DNA of 64,000 bases. Source: an uncultured virus (IMG/VR IMGVR_UViG_3300031566_000004) (taxonomy: Duplodnaviria; Heunggongvirae; Uroviricota; Caudoviricetes). Under the pieces are notes generated by a model. It ran no database searches, was not told the origin of the DNA, and was given only the letters and a program-made list of their open reading frames with translations. The translations under genes were made by a program, and so were the position numbers. How positions within the stretch are numbered: the first letter of the stretch is position 1; each line of letters opens with the position of its first letter. Of this stretch, positions 1 through 10,836 are shown one piece after another. The DNA lies in IMG/VR virus record IMGVR_UViG_3300031566_000004; one strand, given 5' to 3'.

Positions 1-83
1 ATTAGGCATTGTTTTTTCTAAAAATTCTATAGTATCTACATACTTATTTTTAGATATTTCTTCTTCAATTTGTTCATTCATAA

Positions 84-491
84 TTAAAGTATTTCATAAT
101 TAGTTTCTCCATAAATACTGAAGGCCAGTCCATTTAATAAAGTTTGACCCACTCTTCTATCATCAGCATGTTTAGCATGAATTAATTCTAAAGTGTTCTT
201 ATTAGCTAATAATCTTTGGTATGGTCTGTCTAAGTTAATAGTAGACAAACTGCTTTTATTAAGTATACAAGCACTTTTTACATCATAATTTATGTAAACA
301 CAATTATACCAGTTGTTCCATGACATTTTACCTTTAAATAAACCATCATTACCAACTCTTATAAACATAAGGTGCTCTTTAGCTTTAATTTCTTCAAGAT
401 TATCCAAAATATTTTTAGATTGTTCAGCGATTGAATTAATTTTTTCAACTAAAAATTTTGTGTAATCATTATTATTGTTTATTTCACTCAT
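84..491 (-). CDS. hypothetical protein
   Basis: 135-aa ORF co-oriented with the replication genes; no motif recognised. Confidence 0.6.
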   Translation of the reverse strand: MSEINNNNDYTKFLVEKINSIAEQSKNILDNLEEIKAKEHLMFIRVGNDGLFKGKMSWNNWYNCVYINYDVKSACILNKSSLSTINLDRPYQRLLANKNTLELIHAKHADDRRVGQTLLNGLAFSIYGETNYEIL

Positions 492-531
492 AATTTATAA
501 ATATAGAGGGAGCCGTAACTCCCTCCTTAGT

Positions 532-1691
532 TTATATACTAAATTCATCACTAGAATCATCTTCTATTAAAGTAAATTCTTCATCAATAGATTCAACTAT
601 AGGCTCTTCCATTGTTAATGTTTCTTCTTCTGGTTGAGTTGCTAAGTTAAAAACATTAATAGGTGTTTCTATTGTTTCTTCAACTACTTCTTCAGAAGAT
701 TCTATAATATCTTCAGTTTTATCTTCAGCTTGAGCTTCCGGAGAAGGACAAACCGGGATATCTTCTTCTTCCACTTCCTCTGCTTTAACTTCTGTTACTA
801 TTTCACCAGAAGCTTCCATATCTTCTATTTGGTCTAAAATAGTTAACTGATTTTTATCAATAACTTCTTCTATTTCTTTTTCTTCTTTAATTTCTAATTC
901 TATGTTATCTATCATTTCTTCAGTAGTAATAGATAGTATTTCATTAGATTCAGAAGCGTCACTTAAGGTATTATACTCACTTACAATAGTTTCAGGTTCG
1001 TAATTTTCAAATACATTAACAACCCACTCATTATCTAAAAGATAATTTTGAGGATGTGTTTTACTCATAGATTTTAAAACAGAATTAAATTTTACCCAAA
1101 CAGACTCTATTGCTGCTGAATAATTATACTCAGGTTTAATAGATTCTTTTTTAGCTTGAGTAAGTTGTTCACCTTTAAGAGTGTTATTCATAAATAATTT
1201 ACCTAATTCAGCACCAAAATCTTCGTCTGTCATAAACATGTTAGACATTTTAAGGTACATTGTTTTAGATATATAATCTATATTTTCTATATTAGGCACT
1301 AACTTAGCTAAAATTTCTTCATAATCTTTTTTAATATCATCACTATTTTTTGCGTTATTATGAGATGACTCTGTAATAACAACGTTATGTCCGTTTGTTC
1401 CTTCTACATAAAAACCTATAGCCAAGTAAGCTCTAGTTTTTTTGTTATAATTATTAGACCAAATTAAAACAGGTGTAAAATCTCCTGTTTTATCTAAAAA
1501 GTGAATAGCATAAGCTGCATCACTTACTACACTTGATCTAAATACTGTATTTTTAATCTTATAACCTGCATCATTAAGAGCTTTTTGACAAATGTTATCC
1601 ATATCCTCATAAGAAATAATAGTCTTATTTTCAGGAACTTCTACATTAAATAAAGTTTCTTTTGATGTTTTATTTGTTGATACTCTCATAT
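532..1691 (-). CDS. possible DUF932-like protein with long acidic C-terminal tail
   Basis: N-terminal region (WSNNYNK...AIGFYV) loosely resembles DUF932; Glu-rich low-complexity tail; start codon uncertain. Confidence 0.4.
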
Positions 1692-1699
1692 TTATATTT

Positions 1700-3691
1700 T
1701 TAAAACAGACCAAATTGGCCTTTTTTGTTTTCTAAAATTATGTTATTTATTTCTTTATAAATGCTAGATATATAATATCTCTCATCTATCTTATAATCAG
1801 CCCACTTTTTCTCAATAACTTGATTATATATCGTTTGTTTCCATATCCCGGCTTCTAACCTATTTTCTCTACCATCTTCAGCAACTTTAACTATAACATC
1901 TCCTGATATAGAAATGAAATATCTTAATGTTTTTTGTAAAAGTTTATATTCTATTTCACCAGTCTTAGCTGATTTAATATAAAACTTCCAATCTTTGTTT
2001 CGTTGTCTTACACCAAGACAATAATCAAAAATATTTTTATTTGTTGGTAAATAATTTTCAGGTATTACACCATGTACAAAATAATTGTATATAGCTTTTC
2101 TTATTACTAACCCGGATTTATTTTTATGTAATGCTAAATTTTCAAACTCAAAACGCCCCTTACATTTTGTAGATGCGTAATAATAGGTGCCATTAAGCTC
2201 TTTAAATACAGCAATAGGATCTTTAATTTTTAATTCACTATATTTTTCTTTAGAAACTTCTTTAAACGTTTTAACAGCAATATAACTGTTTACATCTGAT
2301 ATAATCAATTTTTTGTAAGTGTCATGTTCTAACTCTAATAATGTTAATTTTTCCCACTCAGCGCATACTTCTAAATATTTCTTTTTGTATTTTCTAGGAA
2401 TTTTAGTTTCTAGACCGTCTGTATTTTGAAGTAAAGGTTGTGCTTCTGGAATAGCTTCACATATCATCTCTAATAGTAAAGTTAAACTAAGTTGACCATT
2501 TAGTGTTATACGCATTGTAAAGGACGGATCATACAAAAAGCTATGTCTATCATTACTCAAACCATAAGTACTGTTTAAAACAATCTTATATGTGTAATTT
2601 CTAGGATCTGTCTTAGGTATTTTACGTCTTTCATCAAAAAACCATTCATATAGCTCACAAAATTCTTTTTTAGGCATATGAGCTGGTGCCCATTTGTTAC
2701 GAATAGCTAAATTTGGGTAATAACTAACAACATCACTTGACATGATCACGTACTCTGAATCAGATTCATATACTCCTGAATTAGTTGCTCCATGTAAACC
2801 ACCAAGACCAAACTCTAAAAGAGAGCCTTTATAATTAGCAGCAACACTTAGTGAACCTTTAGTATTATTTGGATCAATAACTAAGTTATTAAATACATTT
2901 AATACATTTTTAAATTCAGGATCATTAAATTTCAAATAAGGCAATAATAGAGGTTTAGCCTCTATTCTATCAAGAATAGTTTTATTTTTCTTAATGTCTT
3001 TTACCTTTTGACCTGTCTTATTTGCTAAAAATAAAGCAAACAGGGATTTAGCAATCGTAGGTTCAGCAGCACTGTAAAGATTAATTTTGTATTCCTCAGT
3101 TAAACTAGCTCTAAGATCAATTTGATCTTTACTAATATGTAGTATTTTCTTAGTACTAGCAACGTCGTTAATACAGTAATTTATAACCATTTGAACTTCT
3201 TGTTCATTTTGAAGAACATAGTCATGTTCAATAGGCATATCTTCTAAGTGCTCCCAGTCCATACTAAACTGTATCCACTTAAGACTAGCACGTTTATTAG
3301 GGTTATTCCAATGATTAAGTTTATATAAGTCTATTTGATTTATATGAAATTCATAAGGAGCAAAATCAAGCCATTCATTATTATTACTTTTAGTAATAAC
3401 ATAATTAGCATGTTTTTTAATTTCCTTAGATAATTCTGAGCCAGAAAGAAGACTATATTGAGCTTCATTTCTTATTAAGTATTCTGTAATTTGAGAATCA
3501 AAAGAAATATTATTAAATCCTATATGATAAGAACCATCATCTTTACAGGATTCTAAAAAACTTAAAAATTTTTGATAATCATTAACATAATCATCTATTC
3601 TAAAAATTTTACGTTCTTCTTTTTTATAATCTTCAAATACAGCTACAAAACAATTTGGTAATGTTTCAAAGTCATAGACCCAATGTGACAT
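1700..3691 (-). CDS. polB: family B DNA polymerase with 3'-5' exonuclease
   Basis: ExoI DFET, ExoII GFNNISFD, ExoIII YCINDV; polymerase motifs DVVSYYP, KIVLNSTYG, NTDG; ATG at 3691. Confidence 0.93.
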   Translation of the reverse strand: MSHWVYDFETLPNCFVAVFEDYKKEERKIFRIDDYVNDYQKFLSFLESCKDDGSYHIGFNNISFDSQITEYLIRNEAQYSLLSGSELSKEIKKHANYVITKSNNNEWLDFAPYEFHINQIDLYKLNHWNNPNKRASLKWIQFSMDWEHLEDMPIEHDYVLQNEQEVQMVINYCINDVASTKKILHISKDQIDLRASLTEEYKINLYSAAEPTIAKSLFALFLANKTGQKVKDIKKNKTILDRIEAKPLLLPYLKFNDPEFKNVLNVFNNLVIDPNNTKGSLSVAANYKGSLLEFGLGGLHGATNSGVYESDSEYVIMSSDVVSYYPNLAIRNKWAPAHMPKKEFCELYEWFFDERRKIPKTDPRNYTYKIVLNSTYGLSNDRHSFLYDPSFTMRITLNGQLSLTLLLEMICEAIPEAQPLLQNTDGLETKIPRKYKKKYLEVCAEWEKLTLLELEHDTYKKLIISDVNSYIAVKTFKEVSKEKYSELKIKDPIAVFKELNGTYYYASTKCKGRFEFENLALHKNKSGLVIRKAIYNYFVHGVIPENYLPTNKNIFDYCLGVRQRNKDWKFYIKSAKTGEIEYKLLQKTLRYFISISGDVIVKVAEDGRENRLEAGIWKQTIYNQVIEKKWADYKIDERYYISSIYKEINNIILENKKGQFGLF

Positions 3692-3710
3692 ATATGTAAT
3701 GCTGGAAGCC

Positions 3711-3738
3711 AAAAAAAGAGGGGAATACCCTCTCTTTA
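3711..3738 (-). terminator. intrinsic terminator
   Basis: purine/pyrimidine stem (AGAGGG/CCCTCT) followed by a T-run on the minus strand. Confidence 0.6.
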
Positions 3739-3756
3739 AAGCTAAAATTAATAATA

Positions 3757-4158
3757 TTAGTCTACAATAAGTTTAGACTTAGGCTTCTCTGCAACAATAG
3801 CTTTGTCTTTAAGATAAAAATCTATGTCAAAGTTATCATTTACAGCAAAAGTTTTAATAAAACTTCTAATGTCACTATCTTCGTAAAGAACGTGTTCAGA
3901 AAATGTTTCTATTTTAACTCTTTGTTGTTGTACTTTATTTTTCATTTTGTCAACAATAGGTTCTCCATAAGCATCTAATTTAGTTACCATATGGTAAGCT
4001 TCTTTAGTTTGTTTCATGAAAATTACTAATTGTTTTGTTTCTGGGTCTAGAATAGCCTCATTATAAGGACATTCCATATTTAAAGGCATTAACCCAAATG
4101 TTTTTTTACCTTGCCATGCTGAATGTACGATTAGCATGTTATCGCCATATTTACTCAT
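3757..4158 (-). CDS. hypothetical protein
   Basis: 133-aa ORF in operon. Confidence 0.7.
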   Translation of the reverse strand: MSKYGDNMLIVHSAWQGKKTFGLMPLNMECPYNEAILDPETKQLVIFMKQTKEAYHMVTKLDAYGEPIVDKMKNKVQQQRVKIETFSEHVLYEDSDIRSFIKTFAVNDNFDIDFYLKDKAIVAEKPKSKLIVD

Positions 4159-4174
4159 ATTGGTTTTAATTTTT

Positions 4175-4759
4175 TTAGTAACTACTTAATTTTACAATTT
4201 TAGGACTTTTTTGGGAAACTACAAAATTTTCCTTAATTAAGTCCGGTTTATCACATAATTCCACAGTCTCTTTAAGCACATTTTCATTCATTAATAAAAA
4301 TTCAGCATAAAGAGCATACCAATTGTGTGGATATAAATAAGACAACAAATATGTTGAAACAGTTGTTGTTGCTTCATCTGTTGGCTTGTGATACTCCATT
4401 AATGATTTCTTATAGTCTAAACCCATCTTAGAATATCTACCTTCTGTAACACACTTATATTCATGTTTATATTTTGAAAAATCAAATATATATACACTTA
4501 TGTCTGGTGTTAAAGTATGACATCTAACGAATAGTTCATTGTCTAAAAGATATTTTTTTTCAAAAGTTTTAAATTCTACATCGTCCCTTGTGTAATATAC
4601 ACACAATAATTTGTTATCATTTAAACTATAGTTTCCTTCCCATGTAAGGTAAGTATCAATTGGTATAATACTTGACTTACGAGGAATTTTTAATGCAGGG
4701 TATAAAAAAATTCTAGACTTTTGAAAATAATTCTTACATATATCATCCATTCTTACCAC
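4175..4759 (-). CDS. hypothetical protein
   Basis: 194-aa ORF tightly packed in operon. Confidence 0.7.
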   Translation of the reverse strand: MVRMDDICKNYFQKSRIFLYPALKIPRKSSIIPIDTYLTWEGNYSLNDNKLLCVYYTRDDVEFKTFEKKYLLDNELFVRCHTLTPDISVYIFDFSKYKHEYKCVTEGRYSKMGLDYKKSLMEYHKPTDEATTTVSTYLLSYLYPHNWYALYAEFLLMNENVLKETVELCDKPDLIKENFVVSQKSPKIVKLSSY

Positions 4760-4760
4760 T

Positions 4761-5756
4761 TTAAAGGATTACACCTTCTGTAGCTAACTCATATGGTAAA
4801 GAATAATTTTTATTCGAGTAATGGTAGTTCACTTTTTCTAAAACACTATTTGTTTCTTCTTCCCATTTTCCTAAAGAGTTATCGCTAACAGGAAAAGGAT
4901 ACACCTGATTATACTTGTCTATTACTATAAAATTAAACATAAACTTCCAATTTTTCATAGATTCGTTTAAGTTATTATATAATAATTTTTTGTATAAGGA
5001 TGCTTGTAGCCAGTATTTATAATATTCAACGCTTTCCGGAAATTCTAATATTCCCTTACCTGTTGTCTTAAAATCATTAATAGTTATAATTTTATTAGTG
5101 TGGTCAATTGTATAATTATCTAGCACACCTCTTAAACCAAAATCATAACCTTTTAATTTACAACTTAATTCACGCTCATTATGTACTTCTACATTATTTG
5201 TAAATAAGTTTACACCATCTAAGTGTAAAAGTTTACGAACACTTTTATTTGATTTAATTATTTTTACAGCCTCTTCACATTTAGTAAGTAAGTCTTGATC
5301 AATAATCTCTTTACCTATTGTAGATTTCTTATGTTCAAAGTACTCAATATTAGCAGCTGTAATAACTTTTTCAAGTCTTCCTGCATCATCTTTGAGTGAT
5401 TGGTAAAGATTTATACCACTAAGGTATAATAAAATGTCATCTTTATGATCTTCAAGATTATTGTTATCATTAATATTTTTGTAAGCTATACTGTCAAGTA
5501 AAGGTTTTAATGTTTTTGTTGGGATTTTACTGTTAGAAACAGCATACTTAGTGTTAAACACATCAGGTTCTAATAATAGACAATGTATCAGCCTTCCTCC
5601 GATTAGGTGACTGTAGTCTCTATCTTCTCTTTCACGTAAAATGTAATGATCATAAAATAAAACAGGTGAATATAGTAATTTACTAATGCTACTATAGCTA
5701 AAACTAAACTCCTTTTTATAAAAATCATCTTCTTTAGATTTGTTACTCAGCATCAA
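4761..5756 (-). CDS. PD-(D/E)XK exonuclease (RecE/DUF3799-like)
   Basis: SYSSI, G.LIHCLLLEP, RGVLD, INDFKTT, YWLQASLY motifs. Confidence 0.85.
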   Translation of the reverse strand: MMLSNKSKEDDFYKKEFSFSYSSISKLLYSPVLFYDHYILREREDRDYSHLIGGRLIHCLLLEPDVFNTKYAVSNSKIPTKTLKPLLDSIAYKNINDNNNLEDHKDDILLYLSGINLYQSLKDDAGRLEKVITAANIEYFEHKKSTIGKEIIDQDLLTKCEEAVKIIKSNKSVRKLLHLDGVNLFTNNVEVHNERELSCKLKGYDFGLRGVLDNYTIDHTNKIITINDFKTTGKGILEFPESVEYYKYWLQASLYKKLLYNNLNESMKNWKFMFNFIVIDKYNQVYPFPVSDNSLGKWEEETNSVLEKVNYHYSNKNYSLPYELATEGVIL

Positions 5757-6855
5757 GCACCTCCAAATCTTCTGTTTTGTTAATTTTAGATCTGTTGGAC
5801 TTAATAGAACTTATAACAGGTTTACCCAAAGAAATTTTGTCAATAACTATTAAGTTTTTAAGTCTAAAGTCTAACTTACTGTCAAATTCTTTTTTAATAT
5901 GTTTTTTAATTAAATTAATGTTATGATCACCAATAAGATGACGTTCAGTACAATAATTTATTACATCAAGTGTTTGACTGTATTGAAATTCTTGATCAAA
6001 ACAATTTCTTAAAGATTTAAAATTAACAGAATTCCACATTCCAGAATAACGTAATTTATTATCATAATTACATAAAAAATAAGCTAGTTCATAAGCTGAT
6101 TTAATAGGATCAGAATTAGCCATCATCTCAGCAGCTAATTTTACATTATTTTCATCTGTAGACATTAGCATTAATTCTATTTGCTCAAAATTATTTTCAT
6201 CAAGAACACTTAGCTCATTGTTTAATATTTTAAGCAAACTTTTATCATCATAAAAAATCCCACCATTATCATAATGACTCTTAAGTTCATTATATAAATC
6301 TGTGTACCTTATAGAACTGTAATAAGCATAGCTGTAATTAAAATCATGATTTTCTTTTTTCTGTGATTTTAATGATTCTTTTAATTGACCAATTATATGA
6401 TAACTCATCATTATAGATTCATCATTAGCATTGTTTAAATCATTTATTACTTTTTCTGTATTATCAATTAAACGCAATGTGTTAATTAACTCTTTTTTGT
6501 AAATTTCATAACTACTTGCTGTTTTTTCTAAAAGATAATTAATAGTGTCATCACCAACAAAATAAGCATCTGCTGTTTCAGATTTAATAGTAATACTTAA
6601 ACAATCTCCATTAGCCGCAGAGTAGCTTCTAATTTTGTCTCTTAAAATATTACAACCTTTATAAAAGTATAATTTATCACCATTATTAATTTTATATTCA
6701 CTAGTAGGTATAGTACCATACTCACTTAAATAATTTCTATAACTACTACGTAATATTCCTTTAGTAGGCTTTAAAGAATATTCATTCGTTGTATCATCAT
6801 AAATTAAATTATTTCTTTCTTTTACTATATCGAAAAAATTTGTTGTTTTAGTCAT
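5743..6855 (-). CDS. hypothetical protein, possible BRCT-like segment
   Basis: 370-aa ORF; GDKLYF segment resembles the neighbouring ORF. Confidence 0.55.
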   Translation of the reverse strand: MTKTTNFFDIVKERNNLIYDDTTNEYSLKPTKGILRSSYRNYLSEYGTIPTSEYKINNGDKLYFYKGCNILRDKIRSYSAANGDCLSITIKSETADAYFVGDDTINYLLEKTASSYEIYKKELINTLRLIDNTEKVINDLNNANDESIMMSYHIIGQLKESLKSQKKENHDFNYSYAYYSSIRYTDLYNELKSHYDNGGIFYDDKSLLKILNNELSVLDENNFEQIELMLMSTDENNVKLAAEMMANSDPIKSAYELAYFLCNYDNKLRYSGMWNSVNFKSLRNCFDQEFQYSQTLDVINYCTERHLIGDHNINLIKKHIKKEFDSKLDFRLKNLIVIDKISLGKPVISSIKSNRSKINKTEDLEVLDAE

Positions 6856-7771
6856 CTATTAAATTATTTAAAAATTCTTGATTAAACTCTAGATCTTTTA
6901 CTGTAAAAAAATTACTAGAGATATTTTTTATTAGGTGGTTTTTAAAATCTTCTGTACATATTTCATTAAAACATTTCTTAGTAAGAACATCTCTGTTATG
7001 TAATACTTCTATTAATCTCCTTTTACTATAAGTTTCAATAATAAATTTATTTTTTTCATAAAATAATTTTTGAGACTTTGTTTTAAAATCATAATGGTAT
7101 AGATTAAGATATTTACAAAGACCCCATAATTTATAATAATCGTTTTTCTCATAAAAAGAGTTAGTTAATAGTGTCATAAATGTTTCTTTATTATCATGAT
7201 AGATTTCCTTTAACATAGGTAATTTATCTTTTGATATATCAAAGTAACTTTCTGAAATTAAGTTTTCCTCATTAATTATTTTTAAATTATTGTCAATCAT
7301 TGCAACATAAATGTCAATATACAAAGGTGTAACTGCTAGTTCATAAGAAGAATAATTGTTGTTTATATTTAGACTGTTAATATCACAATTAGTAACTAAA
7401 TTTATATTTTTCTGGTAAACAAAACCATAGCAAGATGCATGTAAACATCTTTCATTTAATATTATTTTATTGGCTGATTTTAATTTATTTACAATTATAG
7501 CTCCTTTATTTTTTATTTGTTCCTCTATAAATGTTTTATTATTAGTATAACCAGGGCCAATAAATATTTTATCCCCTGAATTTATATTTTCTGTGCTATC
7601 TTTTATTGTTTTTTCATTTATAAGATTACTAGTACTTACAATTGGATAAAATTCTGAGATTACACCTGTTAATTTATTTGTTAAAGACAGCGGTGATATA
7701 GATAGCTCGGTTATTTCGTTAAACCGAGCTATCGTAGTGTCACCAATGTCATAAAATATTATTTTAGACAT
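6848..7771 (-). CDS. hypothetical protein, possible BRCT-like segment
   Basis: GDKIFIG...IKNKGAIIVNKLKSANKIIL resembles the BRCT G-x-hydrophobic pattern. Confidence 0.5.
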   Translation of the reverse strand: MSKIIFYDIGDTTIARFNEITELSISPLSLTNKLTGVISEFYPIVSTSNLINEKTIKDSTENINSGDKIFIGPGYTNNKTFIEEQIKNKGAIIVNKLKSANKIILNERCLHASCYGFVYQKNINLVTNCDINSLNINNNYSSYELAVTPLYIDIYVAMIDNNLKIINEENLISESYFDISKDKLPMLKEIYHDNKETFMTLLTNSFYEKNDYYKLWGLCKYLNLYHYDFKTKSQKLFYEKNKFIIETYSKRRLIEVLHNRDVLTKKCFNEICTEDFKNHLIKNISSNFFTVKDLEFNQEFLNNLIDD

Positions 7772-7783
7772 ATTATTATTGTT

Positions 7784-9061
7784 TTATTTAACTAGCATTT
7801 TTGCTACATTTGGATCAAACATAAGTTTTTCAAACTTTTTCTTAGTTTCTGTGCTATCACCAAGTAATCGTTTAACAATTACATACTTAAGATCGCTTGT
7901 GAAGCAATCGTCTGTTGTACAAAGTAACTTTAGTCTAGTAATGTGATCAGCTGTAATAGGATTTTCTTTAGCATATTTAGTTGCAAAATTAATTAACCTT
8001 AAGGCTAAAATACCAGCAATGTCAGCTCTATAATTCCCATCTTCACCTTTACAATCCTCTATTATTCTATTAATAACTAATTTATGATCTTGCTTACTTG
8101 TAAGCATCTCTTCTGGGGACATTAATTTGTCCATTTTATTATTAATAAATATAGTAAATGTATTAGTAAAATCTGGACCTACACACCCTTCTCCAATATT
8201 AGTAATCATACCTAAGTTAGGCTCAAACGATTTAAAACTAGAAATAGCATTAAAAAATGTAGTTGATGATCTTGCATTTACATAAAAACCACTATTCTTA
8301 TCTTTAGCAGATTCTGTGATTAATTCAGGATGTTTAAGAATAAAATTAATACATCTAGTGTCAATTCCAGCATTTTCAGCCCATTCTGCCCAACATTCTT
8401 TATCAAACTTAAGTTTAACTGTAGTAAATCTAGTCTTTTGAGCAGGATCTAATTGTGTAACAAAATAATCACCATCATCAGGATTTGAAGTAAGAATGAT
8501 ATGAGAGTCTGCCGGCAATTTCCATGTACCATATGATTGTCTGTCAATAAGCTCCATACACGCTTGCGTAAATCTATTGTCAGCACGACTATAATCATCC
8601 AATAATAAAATTACACCTTTACCTGGTTTTAAGCTAGCAAGCCACTCAGGAACACAGTTATTAGTTCTATTTTTACCTGTTGGCTCCCATCCCTGACCAA
8701 TATAATAATCATAAGAATTCTCATCTACCCATTTACCCACTGCGTTACCCACAGGCTTACCATCTGAATCTTTCTCTTGATATTTAAGCATAAATTCTCT
8801 AATAGGGAAGCCTACTAAATCACCTATGTCTTCCATTTGAGATAAGTTAAGTTTAACCATTTGTAAGTTCATAGTTTGAGCTACTTGTTCTACTACAGAA
8901 GTCTTTCCAAGCCCCGCCTCTCCTTCAATATTCATACAAATAGGCCTAACACCTTTAGCTGCTAAATATCTATTATTAGTAATCATGTGATCCACATATT
9001 TAACTAATTCGTTAGTAGTTAATGCTAAACTATTATTACTATTTTTTGATTGTTTTGACAT
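7784..9061 (-). CDS. MoxR-like AAA+ ATPase
   Basis: Walker A GEAGLGKT, Walker B ILLLDD, sensor TSNP, LDPAQKTRF; near a VWA gene. Confidence 0.85.
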   Translation of the reverse strand: MSKQSKNSNNSLALTTNELVKYVDHMITNNRYLAAKGVRPICMNIEGEAGLGKTSVVEQVAQTMNLQMVKLNLSQMEDIGDLVGFPIREFMLKYQEKDSDGKPVGNAVGKWVDENSYDYYIGQGWEPTGKNRTNNCVPEWLASLKPGKGVILLLDDYSRADNRFTQACMELIDRQSYGTWKLPADSHIILTSNPDDGDYFVTQLDPAQKTRFTTVKLKFDKECWAEWAENAGIDTRCINFILKHPELITESAKDKNSGFYVNARSSTTFFNAISSFKSFEPNLGMITNIGEGCVGPDFTNTFTIFINNKMDKLMSPEEMLTSKQDHKLVINRIIEDCKGEDGNYRADIAGILALRLINFATKYAKENPITADHITRLKLLCTTDDCFTSDLKYVIVKRLLGDSTETKKKFEKLMFDPNVAKMLVK

Positions 9062-9084
9062 ATTTATTTTAATTATTTATTTGT

Positions 9085-9525
9085 TTAATTATTATTTTCT
9101 AAATTAGCGTTTATAGCTGCAATTTGTTGATCTGTTATTACAACAGGAGATAGTTTAAAATTTTTGTCATGCTCAAAATTATATCTACCATCTTGCATGA
9201 TTAAATTTAGATCTACTTCCTCATTTTCATCCATGGAATAAAAAAAATCTGTTCGCATGGCGTATTTAATAGCCTCCTTTAACCACATCTCTTTATTTAA
9301 CTGTTCAAAATATGAAGCAGAATCAGGATGAATCTCAGCTTTTAAAGTGTTATCATCTTGAATTGTAATAATAAACATTACATTTTCTAGCATTCTATCA
9401 CCAAAGCCATAACCATCTACCATAGCTTGTTTTCTTGGTTCTATTTTTTTAGAACCTCCATTGTTTACGTAATCTTTATTGCCTGCGTCTTTAAGACCAA
9501 AATGTGAAAAATTTTTGTTTTGCAT
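9085..9525 (-). CDS. hypothetical protein
   Basis: 146-aa ORF between the ATPase and VWA genes. Confidence 0.6.
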   Translation of the reverse strand: MQNKNFSHFGLKDAGNKDYVNNGGSKKIEPRKQAMVDGYGFGDRMLENVMFIITIQDDNTLKAEIHPDSASYFEQLNKEMWLKEAIKYAMRTDFFYSMDENEEVDLNLIMQDGRYNFEHDKNFKLSPVVITDQQIAAINANLENNN

Positions 9526-9531
9526 AATTCA

Positions 9532-10833
9532 TTAATTTAATTTAATTACTTGACCTGTTTGTTTTAATTCTTCATTCATGTTAGATTGTGATGATAATAC
9601 CCATAACATTCTACCTTTCGGTCTAGGTGGTACATTAGCTTCTCCATCTGTAACATAAACTAAGCATGTATATTCACTAGAATGTTCGTTATAGTAATCT
9701 AATACAGGCTCAAAATACGTACCTCCTCTACCATATACTTTAAACTCCATACCGGGTTTATATTCTTCTATTTTCTGAATAGTAGTATCACAATGAACAA
9801 CAGTGACTTTAGTACCAGCTTTATAGATATGATTTATTTCATGAAAAAATTCTTTTAGTTCATTATCACTTACAGAACCCGACGTATCTACACCAACTAA
9901 AATATGTTTTTTACGTTTCACCTTTCTTCCAGGATTCATGTTAAACCTTTTATTTAGCTTTCTTCTGCTTGATTTTCTATGATAATCAATAGAGTTACCT
10001 AAAAATCTTCTTAAGTAACCTTTCCAATCAAACTTAGGAGGGTCAGTATGCAAAAGAGCTTTTATAAGTCCTTGCATTTCACCAGGTATAGTACCTCTAG
10101 ATTTAGTAATACTATCTGCAACTTCTTTAAGTTCATGCTCTAATTGAGCTTGTAACATTTTTTTACTACCTTCATCTAATTCTTGAAGTTGTGACCATAG
10201 ATCATGTTCAAAAGATGTTGGGCCACCTTGACTTAGTAAATCATTTAAATTTGGACAATCACCATCTTCCTTAGCTTTTATTAATTTGCTATAATAGTAT
10301 CTTGCACCTTTATTAGGTTCCATGTTTAGTTCAGGAAAATCTTCTAAGAAAACACCTCTTGTGGGTATGTGGTTAACAAGTTGCTCCATTATTTTAGGCT
10401 TACTCATACCAACTTCTGTACATTCTTTTATTATAGATTCTCTAATAGGTCCATATTTCTCTTTAAATTCATTAACACTCATAGTGTCTGCCGGGAGTAA
10501 ACCTTTTTTTATATTCTGGTTAATTTCTATATCAGCAGCTATATTACCTATTTCTTTATCAGAAAAGTCATCCCACATAAATAAATGCATTAAACAAATG
10601 TGCATACATTCATGTTGTAAAACACCTATTTGTTCATCATCACTAAGACTATTCCAAAAAACAGGATTAATATTTAATTGAAAACCTAGAGCATAACTAT
10701 TCTTACTTACACATGCTGTTGATATTTCATCATTCCAACGTTTGTTAAGCATATTTAAGAATAAGCCGTAAAAAGACTGCGTTAATTGCAGTCTTTTACT
10801 TGCCCTAGATATACTTGATTGTATATCTTCCAT
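9532..10833 (-). CDS. DUF2201-type putative metallopeptidase plus VWA domain
   Basis: HEXXH (HECMH), NIAADIEIN, MIDAS DTSGS, GRGGT, TDG. Confidence 0.88.
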   Translation of the reverse strand: MEDIQSSISRASKRLQLTQSFYGLFLNMLNKRWNDEISTACVSKNSYALGFQLNINPVFWNSLSDDEQIGVLQHECMHICLMHLFMWDDFSDKEIGNIAADIEINQNIKKGLLPADTMSVNEFKEKYGPIRESIIKECTEVGMSKPKIMEQLVNHIPTRGVFLEDFPELNMEPNKGARYYYSKLIKAKEDGDCPNLNDLLSQGGPTSFEHDLWSQLQELDEGSKKMLQAQLEHELKEVADSITKSRGTIPGEMQGLIKALLHTDPPKFDWKGYLRRFLGNSIDYHRKSSRRKLNKRFNMNPGRKVKRKKHILVGVDTSGSVSDNELKEFFHEINHIYKAGTKVTVVHCDTTIQKIEEYKPGMEFKVYGRGGTYFEPVLDYYNEHSSEYTCLVYVTDGEANVPPRPKGRMLWVLSSQSNMNEELKQTGQVIKLN

Positions 10834-10836
10834 ATT

